Shown here: positions 55,467-64,000 of the stretch, piece by piece
How the letters are laid out: every line of letters starts with the position of its first letter
Position numbering within the stretch: the stretch's first letter is position 1
Assembly: GCF_009914755.1 (NCBI RefSeq)
Contig: NC_060934.1
DNA: 64,000 bases
Source of the DNA: the human T2T-CHM13v2.0 reference genome, Homo sapiens
Strand: one strand, 5' to 3'
The notes under the pieces: model-generated
Told to the model about the DNA's origin: nothing
Seen by the model: the letters and a program-made list of their open reading frames with translations, nothing else
The model's database searches: none
Position numbers and translations under genes: made by a program

Positions 55467-58400
55467 GATCACCCAGGTGATAGGACTTTTGTCTAGGCTC
55501 TGCCTACAGTGGCATTGTGACATATCTCTTCACTGATCACCCAGGTTATGTAACTCTTGTGTTGGATCTGCCTAGGGGGCATCATGACATATTTCTGCAC
55601 TGATCACACAGGTGTTGGGACTCTTGTCTAGGCTCTGTATATGGGGGATTTGTGACATATCCCTGCACTGATCACCCAGGTGATGTAACGCTTGACTAGG
55701 CTGTGAATTCTGGGGCATAGTGACATATCACTACATTGATCACTGAGATGATGTAACTCTTGCCCAGGCTCTACGTATAGAAAGCCCAGTGACATATCTC
55801 TGCACTGATTATCTACTTGATGTAACTCTTGGTTACACATTGCCTGCAGAGGCATTGTGAAATATCTCTTTACTGATCAACCAGGTGATCTAAGTCTTGT
55901 CTAGGCTCTGCCTACAGGGGGTATTGTGGCATAACCCTGCACTGATCACCGAGGTGATGGGACTCTTCTCTAGGCTCTGCCTATTGGGGGCATTGTCACA
56001 TATTTCTGCATTGATCACCCAGGTGATGGACTCTTGTCTTGGATCTGCCCATGGGGGCATTGTGACATATCTCTGCACTGATCACCCAGGTGATGTAACT
56101 CTAGTCTAAGCTCTGCCTAAAGTGGCATTGTGACAGATCTCTGTACTGATCACTCAGCTGATGTAACTATTGTCTAGGCTCTGCTTAAAGGGGCCTTGTC
56201 ACATATGTCTACACTGATCACCCAGGTGATGTAACTGTTGTCTAGGTTCTGCTTACAGAGGATATTGTAACATATCTCTGCACTGATAACGTAAGTGATG
56301 TAACACTTGTGTAGGCTCTGCCTACAGGGGTATTTTGACATATCTCTGCACTGTTAACCGAGGTGATGTAATTCTTCTCTAGGCTGTGCCCACAGGGGCA
56401 TTGGGACATATCTCTGCACTGATCCCAAGGTGATCCTACTGTTGTCTGGGCTCTGCCTACTGGGGGCATTGTGACATATCTCTGCACTGATCTCTCACGT
56501 GATGTAACTTTTCTCTAAGCTCGGGCTACATGGCATTGTGACATATTACTGCACTGATCACCCAGGTGATATAACCTTTGTCTAGGCTCTGCCTACAGGG
56601 GGCTTGTGACACATCTCTGCACTGATCACCCAGGTGATGTATCTCTTGTCTAGGATCCGCCTACACGGTGCTTTGTGACATACCCCTGCAATGATCACCC
56701 AGGTGATGTACCACTTGTCAAAGCTCTGCCTACAAGGGGTTTGCTATGTATCTCTGCACTGATAATATAGGTCATGTATCGCTTGTCTAGGCTCTACCTA
56801 CAGTGGCATTGTGATATATCTCTGCACTGATCACCGAGGTGATGTAATCCTTGTCTAGGCTCTGCCAAAATGGGGCATTGTGATATAACTCTGCACTGAT
56901 CACCCAGGTGATGGGACTCTTGTCTAGGCTCTGCCTACAGGAGCATTGTGACATATCTCTGCATTGATCACGCAGGTGATGTAACTCTTGTCTATATCTG
57001 CCTACTGGTGACATTGCAGCATATTTCTGCACTGATCACCCAGGTGATGGACTCTTGTCTTGGATCTGCCTATGGGGGCATAATGACATATCTCAGCACT
57101 GATCACTCATATGATGTAACGCTTGTCTAAGCTGCGCCAAAAGGGGAATTGTGAAAGATATCTCCACTGATCACCCAGGTGATGTAACAATTTTCTGGTA
57201 TTTGTCTACAGGGTGCTTTGTGACATATCTTTGCACTGATCACCCAAGAGATGTAACACTTGTCTAGGCTCGGCCTACAGGGGCTTTGTGACATATGTCT
57301 GTACAGAGCACCCAGGTGAAGTAACTCTTGTCTAGGCTCCACCTACAGGGGGTATTGTGACGTATCTCTGCACTGATCACCCAGGTGATGTAACATTTAT
57401 CTAGGCTCTTCCTACAGGGGCGTTTTGACATAGCTCTGCACAGCTCACCTAGGTTATATAACACTTGTCCACTCTCTGCCTACAGGGGCATTGTGAAACA
57501 TCTCTGCACTCATCACCCAGGTGATGCGACTCTTCTCTATACTCTGCCTAGAAGGGGTTTGTGACATACCTCTGCACTGATCACCCAGGTGATGGAAGTC
57601 TTGTCTAGGCTCTGTCTATGGGGGCATTGTGTCAAATATCTGCACTGATCACCCAGGTGATGTACCTCTTTTCTAGGCTCTGTCTACAGGGATTTTTGTG
57701 ACATATCACTGCACTGATCACCTAGGTGATATAAGCTTTGTATGGGCTTTGCCTACAGAAGGCTTTGTGACATATCTATGCACTGATCTCTGAGGTGATG
57801 CAACTCTTGTCTAGGCACTGCCTACAGGGGATATTGGTACATAACTCTGCACTGATCACCCAGGTGATGGACTCTTGTCTGAGATCTGACTACATGGACA
57901 TTGTGATACATCTCTGAACTGATCAACCAAGTGATGAAACTCATGTCTAGGCTCTGCCTACAGGGGCTTTGTGACACATCTCTACACTGATCACCCTGGG
58001 GAAGGAACTCTTGTCTTTGCTCTGCCTACAGGGGACATTGAGGCATATGTCTGCACTGATAACCCAGGTGATGCAACTCTTCTCAATGCTCTGCCTACAT
58101 TTGGCATTGTGACATATCTCTGCACTGATCACCCATTTGATGTAACTCTTTTCTAGTCTCTGCCTACAGAGGGCGTTGTGACATCACTCTGCAGGGATCA
58201 CACGGGTTATTTAACTCTTGTCTAGCCTCTGCCTACGTGGGCATTGTGACTTATCTCTGCACTGATCACCCAAGAGATGTGTCACTTTTCTAAGCTCTGT
58301 GTAGAGGGACATTGGGACATATCTCTGCACTGATCGCAGAGGTGATGTAAAACTTGTCTAGGCTTGCCTACAGTGGGATTTATGACGTATCTCTGCACTG

Positions 58401-59330
58401 ATCACCCAGGTGATGTAACTCTTGTCTAGGCTCTGCTTACAGGGGGTATTGTGAGATATCTCTGCACTGATCACACAGATGATGAAACTCTTGTCTAGGC
58501 TCTGCCTACAGGGGCTTTGTGACACATCTCTGCACTGATCACCCTAGGGAGGGAACTCTTGTCTACGCTCTGCCTACAGGAATCTTTATGACTTATACCT
58601 GCACTGATAACCTAGGTGATTTAACACTTGTCTAGGCTCTGCCTACACGGGAATTCTCACACATCTCTGCACTGATCACCCAGGTGATGTAACTCCTGTC
58701 TAGGTTCAACCAACGGGAGCGTTTTGACATATCTCTGCCCTGATGACCCAGGTGATGTAACCCTTGTCTAAGCTCGGCCTACAGGGGCATTGTATCAGAT
58801 CTCTCCAATGCTCACCCAGGTGATGTAACAATTGTCTGAGCTTTGCCTACAGGGGGCTTTGTGATATACATTTCCACTGATCAAACAGGTGATGTAACCC
58901 TTGTCAAGGTTCTGCTTACAGGGGATTTGTGACATAGCTCTGCACTGATCACCCCAGGGAGGAAACACTTGCCTGCACTCTTCCTAAAGGAGGATTTATG
59001 ACTTATCCCTGCATTGATCACTAGGTGATGTAACACTTGTCTAGGCTCTGTCTACACGGGAATTTTCACATATCTCTACACTGATCACCTAAATGATGTG
59101 ACCCTTTTCTAGGTTCAGCCTACTGGGGATTTCTGACATACCTATGCACTGATCACTGAGGTGATGTAAATCATTTCCAGGCTTTTTGTACAGGGGACCT
59201 TGTGATATATCTCTGCACTGATCACCCAAATGATGCAAATCGTCTCTAAGCTCTGCAGGGAGAGGGCATTGTGACATACTTCTGAACCGATCATCCAGGA
59301 GATGTAAGTATTCTCCAGGCTTTGACTTAA
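55467..59330 (+). repeat. Beta-satellite (68-bp Sau3A/BSR) array, about 57 monomers
   Basis: Tandem ~68-bp monomers GATCACCCAGGTGATGTAACTCTTGTCTAGGCTCTGCCTACAGGGGCATTGTGACATATCTCTGCACT, most with a GATC site. Confidence 0.96.
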
Positions 59331-59443
59331 GAGCATCGCAAGGTGTTGGGAGAGCCTCAGCCAGAATTTCACAGACAGACAAGGACAAAGAGAGGCCAGC
59401 GGGCTCCCTTGCACATCAGCCGGGGTGCGCAATGAGCGCAGGT
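59250..59443 (-). other. pLAM-like / DUX4 exon-3-homologous segment lacking the ATTAAA poly(A) signal
   Basis: Minus strand reads CCTGGCTAG|ACCTGCGCTCATTGCGCACCCCGGCTGATGTGCAAGGGAGCCCGCTGGCCTCTC...GTGAAATTCTGGCTGA...TTACATCTCCTGGATGATCGGTTCAGAAGTATGTCACAATGCCCTCTCCCTG. This is colinear with the recalled 4qA pLAM sequence. Confidence 0.8.
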
Positions 59444-60032
59444 CTAGCCAGGAGGCTGGCAAAGAGAGCTAGAGGTCTGCGTTCTGCCGCCAGGCGCTCC
59501 AAGGTGGTAGCTGGGAGGCTGCAGGGGCACGGGCGGGCCGACAACGGTGGCTCAGAGGCGCAGAGGAGGTGAGCCGCCGGAGGCGTGTCAGGCCTGGACG
59601 CCACGCGGGCCCAGTGTTTCATGGGACGGGGGTCTCCACCCTGCCCAGGGGAGGACGCATTTTCCGTGGATTGGGGGTGGGGGTGTGGGGTGTTGGTCAG
59701 GCGGGGTTGGGGTGGTGGAAAGGCATGAGATCTCTGCCCGGGCTGCTCCCAAAGCCCAGGCGGCTATCCCGCAACATGCACTTGAACAGTAGGCGGCCCA
59801 CCTGCTGGTACCTGGGCTGGCTCTGGGATCCCCGGGATGCCCAGGAAAGAATGGCTGTTCTCCACTGTGTGGAGCCTCTCACTGGGCCTAGACCTAGAAG
59901 GCAGGAATCCCAGGCTGGTCAGCCCGGTTTTGGGGGCGGGGGAAGATACAACCCTCCATAGCCAGCCAGGTGTTCCCTGGGAAAGAGAGGCCACCACCCT
60001 GCCCCGACCCGACCCAGTCCCAACCCCGCGTC
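59444..60032 (-). repeat. D4Z4-type sequence downstream of the DUX ORF (intron 1, exon-2-like ~59812-59893, KpnI site 59807-59812, start of next unit)
   Basis: GC-rich. Minus strand has GGATTCCTGCCTTCTAG|GTCTAGGCCC ... CCCAG|GTACCAGCAGGTGGGCCGCCTACT, matching D4Z4. GGTACC is the site that defines the 3.3-kb unit. Confidence 0.82.
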
Positions 60033-61489
<1,457 letters not shown>

Positions 61490-62095
61490 CCCTGGGAATG
61501 CCCACCCCACCCCGGAAGGGTTCCAGGGCGTCGAGGCCTGCGGCCTGGGGGTGGTGGGGGGGGAGGGCGTGGTGATGTCGCTGGTGAGGCCAGAGACACG
61601 AAGAGGAAGGGGGTGAGGGGGAAGGGGTGAGGCGGGCGCGTTTCACGGGCTGGCTCTCCGGACCTCTCCAGGAATCCCACGGGAAATGGAAGCCGATCTC
61701 TGGGCTCCCACGCCTCTTCAGCAGGGAGAAACCGGCCTGGGAGGGTGGAGGGGAGTGTAAACCTTAACCTCCGTGGGAGTCTTGAGTGTTCCAGACCCTC
61801 TCTCCGTGAAGGAGGCAGTGCCTATGGCAGTCGCCGTTGCCAGGACAGTCTCACACACCCAGGCGTGTGGCTCTCGTTAATTTCCATGTAGGAGACCAGA
61901 GCGAGACCCCAGAGAGATGGTGCCTCCCCAGCGTGATGGCCTGAAGATGGATTCCCGTGAGCGGCAACATGGGGACTCTGCAGTGTGGCCGGTTTGGAAA
62001 CTGGCAAGGAGAGCGAAGGCACCATTTGGGTCTTCCACCCTTCTCTGCATGTTTCCGGGTGCCCGCAGAGCTCTGGGAGCAAACAGTCAGCATGA
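61490..62095 (-). repeat. LSau / D4Z4 upstream GC-rich sequence
   Basis: GC-rich non-tandem sequence with typical LSau segments (gcgtgatggcctga..atggattcccgtg, gcatgtttccgggtgcccgcagagctc), ending abruptly in beta-satellite. Confidence 0.75.
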
Positions 62096-64000
62096 CACAT
62101 CTCTCAACTTATCAACAAAGTGATGTAACTCTTGTATAGGCTCTGCCTACAGGGGCTTTGTGACATATCTCTGCCCTGATCACCCAGGTGATGAGACTTT
62201 TGTCTAGGCTCTGCCTATGGGGACATTGTGACATATCTCTACACTGAACACCCAGGTGATGTAACTCTTGTGTTGGATCTGCCTATGGGGTCATTGTGAC
62301 ATATTTCTGCGCTGATCACCCAGGTGACGGGACTCTTATCTAGGCTCTGTGTATGGGGGCTTTGTGACATCTCTGCATTGATCACCCAGGTGATGTAACG
62401 CTTGACTAGGCTCTGCCTACGGGGCATAGTGACATATCACTGCATTGATCACCGAGGTGATGTAACTCTTGTCCATGCTCTGCCTATAGGGGTCCTTGTG
62501 ACATATCTCTGCACTGATGATCTACGTGCTGTAACTCTTGCTTATGCTCTGCCTGCAGGGGCATTGTGAAATATCTCTGCACTGATCACCCAGGTGATGG
62601 GACTCTTCTCTAGGCTCTGCCTAATGGGGGCATTGTCACATATTTCTGCACTGATCACCCAGGTGACGGACTCTTGTCTTGGATTTGCCTATGTGTGCAT
62701 TGTGACATATCTCTGCACTGATCACCCAGTTGATGTAACTCTGGTCTAAGCTCTGCCTAAAGGATGTAACTCTTGTCTAGCCTCTGCTTACAGGGGTTAT
62801 TGTGACATATCTCTGCACTGATCACTTAATTGATGTAACAGTTGTGTAGGCTCTGCCTACAGAGGCATTTTGACATCTCTCTGCGCTGTTAACCGAGGTG
62901 ATATAACTCTTGTCTAGGCTGTGCCCACAGGGGTATTGAGGCATATCTCTGCACCGATCCCGAGGTGATCCAACTCTTGCCTGGTCTCTGCCTACTGGGG
63001 ACATTGTGACATATCTCTGCACTGATCTGCCAAGTGTGTAACTTTAGTCTAGCCTCTGGCTACACGGCATTGTGACAGATCTCTGCACTGCTGACCCAGG
63101 TGATATAACTCTCGTCTGGGCTCTGCCTACAGGGGGTTTGTGACATATCTCTGCACTGATCGCCCAGGTGATGTAACTCTTTTCTAGGATCTGCCTACAG
63201 GGTGCTTTGTGACATATCCCTACAATGATCACCCAGGTGATGTACCACTTGTCAAGGCTCTGCCTACAGGTACATTGCGATGTATCTCTGCACTGATCAC
63301 CTGGTTCATGTAACTCTTGTTTAGGCTCTGCCTACAGTGGCATTGTGACACATCTCAGCACTGATCATTCAAGTGATGTAACTATTGTCTAGGATCTGCC
63401 TAAAGGGATTTTGTGACATAACTCTACACTGATCATCCAGGTGATGAGACTTTTATCTAGGCTCTGCCTAAGGGGGCATTGTGACATATATCTGCACTAA
63501 TCACACAGGTGACGGGCCCTTGTCTTAGATCTGTCTATGAGGGCATAGTGACATATCTCTGCACTGATCACTCATGTGATGTAACGGTTTTTAAGCTGCG
63601 CCTAAAGGGGAATTGTGACAGATATCTCCACTGCTCACCCAGGTTATGTAACAATTTTCTGGGATTTTTCTACAGGGGGCTTTGTGACATATCTCTGCAC
63701 TGATCACCCAGGTGATGTAACTCTTGTCTAGGCTCCACCTACAGGGATTATTGTGACGTATCTCTGCTCTGATCACCCAGGTGATGTAACATTTATCTAG
63801 GCTCTCCCTACAGGGGCGTTTTGACATAGCTGTGCACAGATCAACTAGGTTATGTAACTCTTGTCCACTCTCTGCCTACAGCGGACATTGTGAAATATCT
63901 CTGCACTGATCACCCAGCTGATGGGACTCTTCTCTATACTCTGCCTACAGGGGGATTTGTGACATATCTCTGCACTGATCACCCAGGTAATGGAAGTCTT
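62096..64000 (+). repeat. Beta-satellite (68-bp) array, about 28 monomers, continuing beyond the window
   Basis: Same 68-bp consensus and orientation as 55467-59330. Confidence 0.96.

Noticed and set aside
55467-59330. Regularly spaced conserved motifs resembling a CRISPR array, and short ORFs with ITWVISAEI repeats
   Set aside because: The whole 68-bp unit is repeated with no unique spacers and no cas genes. It is primate beta-satellite, and the ORFs are its translations.

Overview
Human (or other hominoid) constitutive heterochromatin with no intact protein-coding gene. Bases 1 to ~55.5 kb are a single-polarity (CATTC)n classical satellite of HSat3 type, in three domains: CACTC-rich (1-~14.3 kb), CGATT/GAGTC/GAGAC-rich (~14.3-53.85 kb), and a terminal CACTC-rich composite with six ~60-bp antisense Alu-end fragments in a ~0.8-kb three-monomer higher-order repeat. 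The last Alu fragment is cut off and fused to a 68-bp beta-satellite array. Inside the beta-satellite, on the minus strand, lies one D4Z4/LSau-type unit with a full-length DUX4-like pseudogene (422 codons, five in-frame stops, no net frameshift). It has a canonical TATAA box and a 4qA-like downstream layout (exon 2, KpnI site, pLAM-like exon 3), but GTCACA sits where 4qA has the ATTAAA poly(A) signal. The two beta-satellite blocks are colinear copies, implying a ~6.4-6.7-kb beta-sat/DUX4L macro-repeat. This architecture is typical of acrocentric short arms and some pericentromeres (e.g. Yq11); the chromosome cannot be assigned here. Almost all ORFs in the track are satellite translation artefacts. 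Comparisons with DUX4, pLAM, LSau and Alu references are from memory and need alignment to confirm.
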